From Candidatus Berkelbacteria bacterium (lineage in GTDB: Bacteria; Patescibacteriota; UBA1384; XYA2-FULL-43-10; 1-14-0-10-43-13), in the NCBI GenBank assembly GCA_037140515.1, contig JBAXEI010000001.1, positions 96,267 to 145,697 on the forward strand: 49,431 bases of DNA, given 5' to 3'. Position numbers and translations under genes: made by a program. This document shows, piece by piece, positions 38,267-47,966 of this stretch. How positions within the stretch are numbered: the stretch's first letter is position 1; every line of letters starts with the position of its first letter. Below the pieces are notes generated by a model. The model was not told the DNA's origin, searched no databases, and saw nothing but the letters and a program-made list of their open reading frames with translations.

Positions 38267-39553
38267 ATGGCCAAGAAAACTTCATCAGTATATCTTTGCA
38301 ATAATTGTGGCAATGAATTTTCGGTTTGGGCAGGTAAATGTAGCGCTTGTGGCGAGTGGAATTCTCTTGTTGAAATCAAAGAAGGAACTACGAAATCGAA
38401 GAGTGTTTCACCTCTGGAAATTACAAATTTGTCAGATATTGAGATAAACGACGGCTATCGAATAAAAACAGGTATCTCAGAATTTGATCGGGTTCTTGGT
38501 GGTGGAATAGTCCCCGGCTCTGTCATCCTGCTGGGTGGCGAACCCGGTGTTGGCAAGTCTACACTAATTCTTCAAGTTGCGGATAAAGTTTCATCAACTT
38601 TTTACGTTTCAGCCGAGGAATCAGCCACACAAATAAAACTTCGTGCTGATCGCTTGAAAATATCCGGCAAAATTAAAGTTGCGTCTGAAGCAAATATCGA
38701 TAATGTGCTCTCAAGCGTCTCAAAAATTAAGCCAGAGCTGTTGATTATCGACTCGATTCAAACCGTGTTTACCGATGTCTATAATTCAACACCTGGTAGT
38801 ATTGTGCAGGTTCGAGAGTGTGGAATGATCCTACAGCAATATGCGAAGTTGCACAATATCCCGATAATCATTATCGGCCATGTTACAAAAGAGGGAAATC
38901 TCGCTGGGCCTAGAATTCTTGAGCATTTGGTTGATGCTGTACTTTATCTTGAGGGCGATCGCTTCAGCGATGCGCGCCTTCTGCGTGGTACAAAGAATCG
39001 GTTTGGCGCCACAAATGAGGTTGGGATTTTTTCAATGCAAGAAAAGGGGATGGTGGAAATCTCAAATCCCTCCGAAATGTTTTTATCCGAATCTAAACCA
39101 AGTCCTGGAAGTTGCATTACGGTGACTCTTGAAGGTGCTAGGCCAATATTAATTGAAATACAAGCGCTGGCTGTGCCGACTCATTTTGGCTATCCGAAGA
39201 GGACTAGCTCAGGCTTCGATCTTAACCGACTAAACTTGCTCGCAGCAGTAATATCTAAGAAAACAAGTATTAATTTGGCAAATCATGATATCTACCTAAA
39301 TGTAATTGGTGGCATAAAGCTGAATGAACCTGCGGTAGACTTGGCAGTATGTGCTGCGATAATTTCCTCTTTCTCAAATAAAAGTCTACTAGGTAGTGCC
39401 TGCGTCTTTGGTGAGGTTGGGCTACTTGGAGAGGTTCGAAAAGTCACCCGACATACTGATCGCGTCAAAGAAGCAACAGCTCTTGGCTATAAAGTATTAG
39501 ACAATATCAAAAGTATTGATCAAATCATCGGACTATTGGGAAGTAGGCAGTAA
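38267..39553 (+). CDS. radA: DNA repair protein RadA/Sms
   Basis: N-terminal zinc finger CNNCG..CSACGEWNS, Walker A GEPGVGKST, the KNRFG motif, and a Lon-like C-terminal domain. Confidence 0.92.
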   Translation: MAKKTSSVYLCNNCGNEFSVWAGKCSACGEWNSLVEIKEGTTKSKSVSPLEITNLSDIEINDGYRIKTGISEFDRVLGGGIVPGSVILLGGEPGVGKSTLILQVADKVSSTFYVSAEESATQIKLRADRLKISGKIKVASEANIDNVLSSVSKIKPELLIIDSIQTVFTDVYNSTPGSIVQVRECGMILQQYAKLHNIPIIIIGHVTKEGNLAGPRILEHLVDAVLYLEGDRFSDARLLRGTKNRFGATNEVGIFSMQEKGMVEISNPSEMFLSESKPSPGSCITVTLEGARPILIEIQALAVPTHFGYPKRTSSGFDLNRLNLLAAVISKKTSINLANHDIYLNVIGGIKLNEPAVDLAVCAAIISSFSNKSLLGSACVFGEVGLLGEVRKVTRHTDRVKEATALGYKVLDNIKSIDQIIGLLGSRQ

Positions 39554-39555
39554 TT

Positions 39556-42387
39556 TTATGGTGTACTAACTGGTGTGGTGAAACTTAGCGTTTCGCTGGT
39601 TGCGACATTGCCATCTGTGTCAACGGCTCGAATGCTAAGAAAATATTTCTTATTTGGTAGGAGATTGCTAAGTGTCACTTTGTGAAGGAGCGTTTGTTCG
39701 GCGCTTTGGACTAGAATAGGCGTTGTCGTACCTTCTGGATAATATGTTAGCGTTGAGGTTGACTCTTTATCCGTCATCCACGTCACGTCCTCTGACGTTG
39801 CATCTAAGCTCTTCATTGTAGTCTGTGAAATAGTGAGCGGGTTTAGGTCTTTTGTGGTCACAGTGACTTCTGTGCTGCCCGTGGTGCCCTGACTATCCGT
39901 TGCAATAGCTGAGATCTTGTGGCTTCCATCAGCAAGAAGCGAAAAATCATAAGTCAGATTATATGGCGCTGCAACTACATCGCCTATAGATATACCATCA
40001 ATAAAGTATTCAACTTTGGCTATTGGATTGGCCCCGCCAGCAGTAGCGGTGATATCAGCGGAACCTGAAACCACAGCGTTATTCGTCGGCGAAACTATTG
40101 AGATTGTAGGTAAAAGGGAGGCGAAGTCACAGGTTCCTGTCGGCATATTGGACACCATTCCGTTTTCTGTTGCCCAGGCCATAACAGGGTTTTCCCAGTT
40201 TGGATTATCTGGCTTTTCTGAATGAATGACTGTCACAATCTTTTCTTCCACGACTGTCGCCGGAGCATTGTCGGGAGCAAGATTGTTTGTGCCTTTGCAG
40301 ACCCTAACTTTTTTATGAACATCATCTTTCTCCTTTGGCGCCTGCCAAGAAGTAAAGATATCAGTCGTCATTTCGGTTGAACCAGTATCTGGAAGTTTGT
40401 TTGACCACTTTTCGACGGTCACATCTTGAATTCCTGCTGGTCTTGTAAACTCTTCATTTGGAGTATCGCCTAGAGCGCCAACCACAAAGCTGTGAAATAT
40501 TGGTGCGGCGACAACAGATCCATCAGCTCCAGATTTCATCTTGTCACCATTGCTGTTACCAACCCAGACGGCTACAGAAATTGATGGCGTATAACCGACA
40601 GTCCACGCGTCCTTGAAATCACTAGTCGTACCAGTCTTCGCGGCAACTGTACGATTGGAGAAAGCGAGAGCGGAACGAGTGCCGAAAACTAGGCTTCGGG
40701 CATTGTTGTCTGACATGATACTGGCTAATTCATAGGCAATTTGCGGATCTAGAGCCTGCTCGTTCTTGTCTTTTGTAGCGTCATACTCAAATAAAGTTTT
40801 GTTGTTTGAATCAGTAATTTTTAGTACTGACGTAAGCGGGTGCTTGATACCACCAGTCGCAAAAACGGCAAAAGCGTTTGCCATTTCTACTGGCCGGACC
40901 TCTCCTGCTCCAAGAACAAGGGATAATCCATAATCTGCTCTATGTGTGAGAGTAGTGATGCCCATATCACTCGCGGTCTGGAGTACATTATCGATCCCTG
41001 CAAGAGCCATGACTTTGACTGCAGGAATATTGAGAGAGTTAGAAAGCGCTTGGCGCATGGTAACTGGACCATTGGTTTTTCCATTATAATTTTGTGGAGT
41101 ATATGGAGGTGTACCACCAAAATCGGTTTTTAGATCAAAAATAATTTTTGATGGTGAGTAATCTGGACTCTTGAAAGCCGTCGCGTAAGCAAAAGGTTTG
41201 AATGATGATCCTGGCTGTCGAAGTGAGTCGGCTACGTTTACCTGTCCATCGATCGTGTTGTCAAAATAATCCTTTGATCCAACCATCGCTAGAACTTGAC
41301 CATTTTTCGGATCGGTCGCCACTAAAGCGGCATTTGTTGCGCCATACTTAGTATTTTTTGGAACGCCATCAGCAACTGCTTTTTCGGCTAATTTTTGTTT
41401 GTCATAGTCAAGAGTCGTGATGATGTTGAGGCCCTCTTTTTGTATTTGGTCATCGCCATATTGATTTGCAATTTGTTCGAGCACATACATAGCAAAGTGA
41501 GGTGCGAGAATAGAATCTCTTCGGGGTTTGACGACTAAGCCAACAGTTGTTGTATCCTCGACTTTAGCTTTTGCGGCTTCTTCCTCGGTGATCTTCCCGT
41601 TTTTGACCATCTGGTCCAGGACATGATTTCGTCGTGCTATCAGAGCATCAACATGGGTGCCATATGGTGAATAATAGGTTGGCGACTGAGGTATAGCGGC
41701 AAGAGTTGCGGCTTGGGCAAGTGTCAAATCCTCTGCGGTTTTGTCATAGTACATTTTAGCAGCGGCTTCAGCACCAGCTGTACCGTTACCATAAGGAATC
41801 TCATTTAGATACATGGTTAAAATTTCATCTTTGTTGTACATAAATTCAAGCTCAACAGCCAAGATCGCTTCTTTGATTTTTCTAGTAATCGAGCGATCAG
41901 AGGTTAGAAGTGCATTTTTTACATATTGTTGCGTGATAGTAGAGGCGCCACGGGTTACCTTTGTTCGTCCCAATAATTTTTCGGCTACGGCGGCGGCAAT
42001 TTGTTTAAAATCGATGCCATGATGCTCATAAAACTTAGCATCTTCAATAGAAACAGTTGCGTCTTTTAGATACTGTGATATCTGGTTACTCTTGATAATC
42101 GTTCTCTTTTGCTCACCGGTTTCGAAAAGTAAAATCTGGCCGGTTCTGTCATATATTTTTGTAGAGACTGCAGGCTTGCGTCCAGCAATTTTGGATGGTG
42201 TTGGCAGATCTTTGGAGAACCAAGCAAAAGCTGCCGCCGTGCAGAAGATAAGCGCTATGAGAAGGTACACCAAAACGAGCCCTGTGCGTCGAGCGACTTC
42301 TTTCCATGATCGTTTTTTCTTAAACGTCCTGGATAATGAGCTTTTGTGATTCGTAAATTTGAATTTCTTGAAAAGTCGTGATTTCAT
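39556..42387 (-). CDS. Class A penicillin-binding protein (PBP1A-type glycosyltransferase/transpeptidase) with C-terminal Ig/FN3-like extension
   Basis: GT51 motifs EDAKFYEHHGID and GASTITQQ. Transpeptidase motifs SSFKP, SNSLN and KTGT. The last ~195 aa form two beta-rich modules (VEYFIDG...; LSIRAVDTDGN...). GGGAG lies upstream of the ATG at 42387. Confidence 0.9.
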   Translation of the reverse strand: MKSRLFKKFKFTNHKSSLSRTFKKKRSWKEVARRTGLVLVYLLIALIFCTAAAFAWFSKDLPTPSKIAGRKPAVSTKIYDRTGQILLFETGEQKRTIIKSNQISQYLKDATVSIEDAKFYEHHGIDFKQIAAAVAEKLLGRTKVTRGASTITQQYVKNALLTSDRSITRKIKEAILAVELEFMYNKDEILTMYLNEIPYGNGTAGAEAAAKMYYDKTAEDLTLAQAATLAAIPQSPTYYSPYGTHVDALIARRNHVLDQMVKNGKITEEEAAKAKVEDTTTVGLVVKPRRDSILAPHFAMYVLEQIANQYGDDQIQKEGLNIITTLDYDKQKLAEKAVADGVPKNTKYGATNAALVATDPKNGQVLAMVGSKDYFDNTIDGQVNVADSLRQPGSSFKPFAYATAFKSPDYSPSKIIFDLKTDFGGTPPYTPQNYNGKTNGPVTMRQALSNSLNIPAVKVMALAGIDNVLQTASDMGITTLTHRADYGLSLVLGAGEVRPVEMANAFAVFATGGIKHPLTSVLKITDSNNKTLFEYDATKDKNEQALDPQIAYELASIMSDNNARSLVFGTRSALAFSNRTVAAKTGTTSDFKDAWTVGYTPSISVAVWVGNSNGDKMKSGADGSVVAAPIFHSFVVGALGDTPNEEFTRPAGIQDVTVEKWSNKLPDTGSTEMTTDIFTSWQAPKEKDDVHKKVRVCKGTNNLAPDNAPATVVEEKIVTVIHSEKPDNPNWENPVMAWATENGMVSNMPTGTCDFASLLPTISIVSPTNNAVVSGSADITATAGGANPIAKVEYFIDGISIGDVVAAPYNLTYDFSLLADGSHKISAIATDSQGTTGSTEVTVTTKDLNPLTISQTTMKSLDATSEDVTWMTDKESTSTLTYYPEGTTTPILVQSAEQTLLHKVTLSNLLPNKKYFLSIRAVDTDGNVATSETLSFTTPVSTP

Positions 42388-42547
42388 TGTTCTCCCTTTT
42401 CTTTACATTATACGAGTATATTGATATTCTGTAAACAATATTAACAATGTGTTGCTTTGTCTCGAATAATTGAATCTTGTATTCAGTAAATTATAAATGT
42501 GAGGCAGAGAGATTTTGCACTAAATAGAAATTAAAGTCAAGGAGACT

Positions 42548-43720
42548 ATGCGCGAAGAATTTTTTCTAAAAGGAATTTCTGAGATAATCAATGAGCAATC
42601 TCTCATAGAGAAATTGAAGTCAGGAAGAAAACTTCGGATTAAATATGGTGTCGATCCGACTAGACCCGACATCCATATTGGTCATGCTGTTTCGATGTGG
42701 AAACTGAAGGAGCTTCAGGATGAAGGTCACACAATCATATTCCTTATTGGCGACTATACCACAAAGATAGGTGACCCGTCAGGCCGAAATACGACGCGGC
42801 CGATGCTTACTGACAAGGAGATAAAAGAAAATGCTAAGTCATATTTTGAACAAGCTAGTCTTATTCTTGATCTTGAGAAGGCCGAGGTTCGGTATAATTC
42901 TGAATGGCTGGCACAGCTAACGTTTAATGATATTCTTCAGATTGCTGGAAAATTTACGGTTGCACAGATTATCGAACGTGATGATTTCGAGAAAAGACTT
43001 GAAGCTGGAAATGATGTTGGCTTACACGAAATGTTTTACCCACTGATGCAAGCATATGATTCTGTAGTTCTAAAAGCAGATGTTGAATTTGGCGGAACGG
43101 ACCAGAAGTTTAATATTCTTGCCGGACGTGAGCTCCAGAAAAAGATGGGTCAAGCTCCACAAGATATTATATTGGTTAAACTTCTTGTTGGGACCGATGG
43201 TAAGGTAAAGATGAGTAAATCAGTCGACAATTATATTGGCATTACCGAGGCGCCAAATTCTATATTCGGAAAAACCATGTCTATTCCCGACAATATGATC
43301 GTCGAATATTTTTCTTTGGCTACCCTTATGCCTATCAAAGAAGTTGATAAAATTGAAGCAGAGCTAAAATCTGGTGCCAACCCTCGCGATTTGAAAATGA
43401 AGCTTGCTAGCGAAATAGTTGAGCTTTATCATGGCAAAGCCGCCGCGAAAGAGGCAGCAGAAGAATTCATCAATGTATTTTCAAAGAAAGAGCTTCCAAA
43501 AGACATCCCCGAGATTGTGATCGAAGAAGGCACCTATGAACTCCCGCTTTTTCTCGTCAATCTCGGAGCCGTAACATCAAATAGTGAGGCTCGTCGGCTG
43601 ATTGAACAGGGAGGTTTGAAAATTGATGAAGCAAAAGTTACTGATTGGAAAGCGATGATAGGCGTGAAAAAGGGGATGTTGATTCAGGCAGGTAAAATGA
43701 AATACTATAGGATTAAATAA
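42548..43720 (+). CDS. tyrS: Tyrosine--tRNA ligase
   Basis: HIGH (DIHIGHAV), KMSKS, and a C-terminal S4-like domain (ARRLIEQGGLKID). AAGGAG SD. Confidence 0.9.
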   Translation: MREEFFLKGISEIINEQSLIEKLKSGRKLRIKYGVDPTRPDIHIGHAVSMWKLKELQDEGHTIIFLIGDYTTKIGDPSGRNTTRPMLTDKEIKENAKSYFEQASLILDLEKAEVRYNSEWLAQLTFNDILQIAGKFTVAQIIERDDFEKRLEAGNDVGLHEMFYPLMQAYDSVVLKADVEFGGTDQKFNILAGRELQKKMGQAPQDIILVKLLVGTDGKVKMSKSVDNYIGITEAPNSIFGKTMSIPDNMIVEYFSLATLMPIKEVDKIEAELKSGANPRDLKMKLASEIVELYHGKAAAKEAAEEFINVFSKKELPKDIPEIVIEEGTYELPLFLVNLGAVTSNSEARRLIEQGGLKIDEAKVTDWKAMIGVKKGMLIQAGKMKYYRIK

Positions 43721-45477
43721 TGATAAATAAATTTAAAAAAGATGTTGAATCAACACTTAGTGAGCTGGTTGCTACTTCCTTTGGTGTAGATAAGCCAAAT
43801 CTTTCTTTATCCTTTCCGCCGGATCTTCATCTTGGGGATTTTGCCTTCGAGTGTTTTTCTTTGTCTCAACAGCTTAAGCTAAGCCCTGCCTTGATCGCGA
43901 CTAAACTCGCTGCATCTTTTGTCAAAGATGATCTGATCGAGAGTGTTTCAGCCTCTGGTCCATATCTCAATATCAAAATCAAGAATGCTCAATTATTTTC
44001 GATAATTACAAAAGAGGTCTTGAACAAAGGCAGCAAATTCGGTGATCATTCTTCGAATTCAAAAGAAACTATTATGGTGGAATATCTTTGTCCAAACACA
44101 AATAAGCCACTCCATGTCGGCCATTTGCGCAATGGCGCTCTTGGAATGGCTGTATCAAATATTTTGGCAGTTAGTGGTGCAAAAGTTATCAAGGCCAATC
44201 TAATCAATGATCGTGGCGTTCATATCTGTAAATCTATGCTCGCTTGGCAACGTTGGGGTAATGAATCTACTCCTGAATCAATGAAGATGAAGGGTGACCA
44301 TTTTGTTGGATATTGGTATGTACGATTTGCGCAAGAAGCCAAAGCAGATCCAACTCTTGAAGATCAAGCTCAAGAAATGCTGCAACAATGGGAAAAGGGT
44401 GACGAAGATGTTTTGGCACTTTGGCGAAAAATGAATGGCTGGGTTTTGGCCGGTCTCGAAGATAGTTGCAAAAATCTTAATTTTCTTTTTGACAAAGTTT
44501 ACTACGAAAGCAAGACTTACAAGCTTGGCAAACAGCTGGTCATGGAAGGACTTGAAAAGGGAATTTTTCAGCGAGATAAAAATGGCTCAATTATTGCAAC
44601 GCTTCCTGCTGATAAGTTTGGTCTAGAAAAAGACGGTTCAGAGAAAAAATCAACTCTTATCCGCTCAGATGGTACAAGCCTTTATATCACTCAGGATCTT
44701 GAAACGGCCAAACTTAAGTTTGACGAAAATGGCCTGACGCAATCTATATATGTTGTCGGTTCCGAACAAGAGCATCATTTCAAAATATTGTTCAATCTGC
44801 TGGAACGACTTAATTTCGACTGGGCAAAGAAGTGCTTTCATTTGTCATACGCGATGGTCTATTTGCCAGAGGGTAAAATGAAATCACGTGAAGGAAAAGT
44901 TGTTGATGCGGATGAGCTACTTGCTGAGATGCATGTTTTGGCAATGGAGGAAATGAAGAAACGCGATTCAAATGATGAAGTTTCTGATATCGAACTAAAC
45001 AAGCGTGCTCATGTGGTCGCTGATGCGGCGATTAAATACTTTCTTTTGCAGTTCAATCCAAAACAGGATATTCATTTTGATCCGAAGGCCTCTCTCGCAT
45101 TTGAGGGTAACACTGGCCCTTACTGTTTGTATACCTACGCTAGGGCGAAAAGTATCCTTACTAAAATCAAAAATGTCTCTGACGGTGAGATTGACTTCAG
45201 TCTGCTTGGCGAATATGAAGAGATAGTTTTGGTCAATTCCATTATCAATTTTAATGACCTTCTGCAGAAGGCTGTTATTGAAATGAATCCTGCTAGAGTC
45301 GTGCTCGGTCTTTATGAAGTTGCAAAAGCTTTCAATCAATTCTATCACGCACAGCCAGTTCTTAGCATCGATGACCAAAACAAAAAAAATGCTCGACTAG
45401 CTCTAGTCGAAGCGGTTTCAATCGTTATCAAAAAAGGTTTAAATCTCCTCAACATAGAAGTTATCGAAAAAATGTAG
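43720..45477 (+). CDS. argS: Arginine--tRNA ligase
   Basis: PNTNKPLHVGHLRN (HIGH-type), a DALR-like C-terminal domain, and the typical terminal ...IEKM. The start overlaps the tyrS stop (TAATG). Confidence 0.9.
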   Translation: MINKFKKDVESTLSELVATSFGVDKPNLSLSFPPDLHLGDFAFECFSLSQQLKLSPALIATKLAASFVKDDLIESVSASGPYLNIKIKNAQLFSIITKEVLNKGSKFGDHSSNSKETIMVEYLCPNTNKPLHVGHLRNGALGMAVSNILAVSGAKVIKANLINDRGVHICKSMLAWQRWGNESTPESMKMKGDHFVGYWYVRFAQEAKADPTLEDQAQEMLQQWEKGDEDVLALWRKMNGWVLAGLEDSCKNLNFLFDKVYYESKTYKLGKQLVMEGLEKGIFQRDKNGSIIATLPADKFGLEKDGSEKKSTLIRSDGTSLYITQDLETAKLKFDENGLTQSIYVVGSEQEHHFKILFNLLERLNFDWAKKCFHLSYAMVYLPEGKMKSREGKVVDADELLAEMHVLAMEEMKKRDSNDEVSDIELNKRAHVVADAAIKYFLLQFNPKQDIHFDPKASLAFEGNTGPYCLYTYARAKSILTKIKNVSDGEIDFSLLGEYEEIVLVNSIINFNDLLQKAVIEMNPARVVLGLYEVAKAFNQFYHAQPVLSIDDQNKKNARLALVEAVSIVIKKGLNLLNIEVIEKM

Positions 45478-45498
45478 TTGAAAGTTAAAGCGTTTCGT

Positions 45499-47694
45499 CT
45501 AGAGATTGCCCTCGTATATTTTCCCAGCCGATAGGGCCCAGATTTTTTGTATCTTTGGGTTCACGGCAAAGTCCTCGATAGTCACTCCGTCAAACAGATA
45601 TTGATTTAAGAAGTTGCCTGATTTGTCGAATTTTAGGATTCGATTGTTGCCCTTATCGAGTACGAAAATATTTGCAGTATCTTCGTCTGTATAGAGTTTC
45701 GTTGGGTCTGTGATTTTGTTATTTGGAGCTGGTATGTCTCTGGTTGCAAAATCTTGTTCTAGCGAGCCTTTGACAAATTTCAAAATGCTACCATCGTTCA
45801 TAAGCGTATAAATGTTTCCATCTACCGCAAAGTCGACAGCATTTTTCAGATTAACTTTTTTTGTGTCAACGTACTTTGTTCCTTTTGCATAGCCTCCCTC
45901 TCTAACAACATGTTTCCAAACCTCACCCTGGTCGGTGTCAAGGACATAGACGTTTGAAGAGTAAGTACTGAGCGTTTTTCCGTTCTCCCATTTCTGACCA
46001 TCATCGACGACGGCAAGGCCTTCAAATGCTTTGCTCGAAGGATCGAATTTAAACATTTGGTTTAAGTTCGTTTCGAGAAAAAATTTATTTTCAAATGTTG
46101 AGTAGTATAAGGTTTGGGGAATGCCATATTCTTTGTTTAGAACTGTCACGAGCTTAGCCTCCTTGTCTCGCATATCTACCATAAACAGTTTACCTTCATC
46201 AGCAAATCCATAAATCATTGTGCCAGTGATCGCTATTTTTTTGACGCTAGCTTCTAATAGTGCGGGCTCAGCAACGTAGAAACGTTTCGCTTTAATGGTC
46301 TCGTCAATAACATCATTGATTTTTCGGAGTAGTGCGCTCGCTTTTTCACGATCTTTTTCTGAGGAAAGGGCTGTGGTTGCCAAAGATTGTGCTTCGCTAA
46401 ATTTATTGCTTGTGTCGGTTTTGCCAAGCTTGAGATCGTTGCTGGCATCGTTATAGAGTCTCTCTGCTCGATCGTATGAAGTGTCAACCTGCGTTTTGGA
46501 TAATACTTCTTTCCTGTTGGTGTTGTTTTCTTTGATTTTGTTATAAGCGACACAAAGTACTATTAGCATCAAAATGATGTAAAGAAATTTGCGATTTTCT
46601 TTCTTGAAAAGTTGAGCGATATTTTGATAAATAGCAGTTACGACATTTACTGTGGAAGAAAGCACCGCACTTTGCTTGGACTTCGAGTAATATGTTGAGT
46701 TGATTTTGACTTTTTGATAGTGAGGATGTTCCTTCAGTTTTTCGAGCTCTGGCTCGATCATCAGCTTGGTTTTTTGGGCGCCTCTGCTGACTGATTCACT
46801 GAACTTTCCGAGACCCCTGGAAATATCTTTACTGTATTTCTCCTCCCAATTTTTGGCAAAAAGAGCTGACCACTTTTTCGTTGTTTTCCAGCATTTTTTC
46901 AAAACTGGTGTTGCTGTCTTGGTACATTTTTCGTATATCGGTTTAATAGTTTTTCGAATTATCTGGAGCGTTGTCTCTTCTGGCTCGTCTAGAAAAATAT
47001 AGTCAGCGTCTTCAGCGTTCAAGTCAGAAAAAAGAGGGTCGCGTGATTCAAGAATTATTGCATTTACATCAGCCACTTTGCGCTTTTTGAGCAAGCGATT
47101 TAGCAGGGCGAGGGCCTCCGTAGCGCTTGGTTCCTTTAGCAGGTCCCGAAGTCGATCAAGCGGAATATGCTGAAAGAGGGAAGTGTTTGCAAAAACAAAC
47201 TGATCGTCTTCGGCGAGCTTGCCAGAGGTGACATCAGTGAACGTCTTGATTGGGTTCGTACTTGTCTCAATTTCCTTGTTCGTAATCGCGGAAATTTTAT
47301 TTTTTCTAAAAATATAGCCGACCACGTTGCCGGAGTAAGAAATAATGATTTCTTTATCGCTTATCATGCCAACAACGGCATTTAGATGTCCGATCCACTG
47401 TCTTTCGCCTGCTTCGGCGACGCGGCTGACACCTTCGTTGAGGGCGGAAAGAAGCCTGTCAAAATCCTGATCAGTAATATCTCCAGAAGTAGTTTTCGCT
47501 CTATTCTTAACAATCTGAATAATCTTATTTACAATTTTTGAATTTGGGTATGGTTTGTCGAGCTCAATCAGGTAGAACAAAAAATTATTGGCAGAATTTT
47601 TGCTAACAATTTTTTCACATGCTAGTTCTTTGTCGCCAATTTTGTTTTTTGTTGCTAGAAGCGTTGACTTAGTAATTAAGGCCGGATGATTCAT
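45499..47694 (-). CDS. Hypothetical transmembrane protein: degenerate PP2C-like cytoplasmic domain, one TM, extracytoplasmic NHL-repeat-like beta-propeller
   Basis: The N-terminal ~230 aa resemble the PPM fold pattern (SYSGNVVGYIFR ... FVFANTSLF), but Asp residues are not evident at the expected metal-binding positions. TM FLYIILMLIVLCVAY. The C-terminus has repeats such as VYVLDTDQGEVWK and NIFVLDKGNNRILKFDKSGNFLNQY (NHL-like). Confidence 0.6.
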   Translation of the reverse strand: MNHPALITKSTLLATKNKIGDKELACEKIVSKNSANNFLFYLIELDKPYPNSKIVNKIIQIVKNRAKTTSGDITDQDFDRLLSALNEGVSRVAEAGERQWIGHLNAVVGMISDKEIIISYSGNVVGYIFRKNKISAITNKEIETSTNPIKTFTDVTSGKLAEDDQFVFANTSLFQHIPLDRLRDLLKEPSATEALALLNRLLKKRKVADVNAIILESRDPLFSDLNAEDADYIFLDEPEETTLQIIRKTIKPIYEKCTKTATPVLKKCWKTTKKWSALFAKNWEEKYSKDISRGLGKFSESVSRGAQKTKLMIEPELEKLKEHPHYQKVKINSTYYSKSKQSAVLSSTVNVVTAIYQNIAQLFKKENRKFLYIILMLIVLCVAYNKIKENNTNRKEVLSKTQVDTSYDRAERLYNDASNDLKLGKTDTSNKFSEAQSLATTALSSEKDREKASALLRKINDVIDETIKAKRFYVAEPALLEASVKKIAITGTMIYGFADEGKLFMVDMRDKEAKLVTVLNKEYGIPQTLYYSTFENKFFLETNLNQMFKFDPSSKAFEGLAVVDDGQKWENGKTLSTYSSNVYVLDTDQGEVWKHVVREGGYAKGTKYVDTKKVNLKNAVDFAVDGNIYTLMNDGSILKFVKGSLEQDFATRDIPAPNNKITDPTKLYTDEDTANIFVLDKGNNRILKFDKSGNFLNQYLFDGVTIEDFAVNPKIQKIWALSAGKIYEGNL

Positions 47695-47966
47695 ATTTTT
47701 GTTTGTTTTATCCTCGTTTTATTTTACCAAGATTAAGCAAATTTGCAAAATTTATTAGACTAGAAATTACAAAATTTATCAATCTTTTCAAATATAGCTT
47801 TGTTTGATACTATGACTGTGGCACCTGTCGGACATAAATTGGGCTATCAATTAGATTGCGAAGGGAATTCAATATTTGATTGCACTGCGGTGTAATCGTG
47901 AGATCTCCCACTTCACTTTTTAGGACCAATTTCCCCCGATAGGGCCATTTTTTAGTTGAAAAAATA

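Noticed and set aside
42388-42547. T-box leader upstream of tyrS (and likewise upstream of glyQS at 21346-21545)
   Set aside because: The leaders are only 160-200 nt, AT-rich and shared with divergent promoters. I found no specifier-loop and terminator/antiterminator architecture or T-box consensus.
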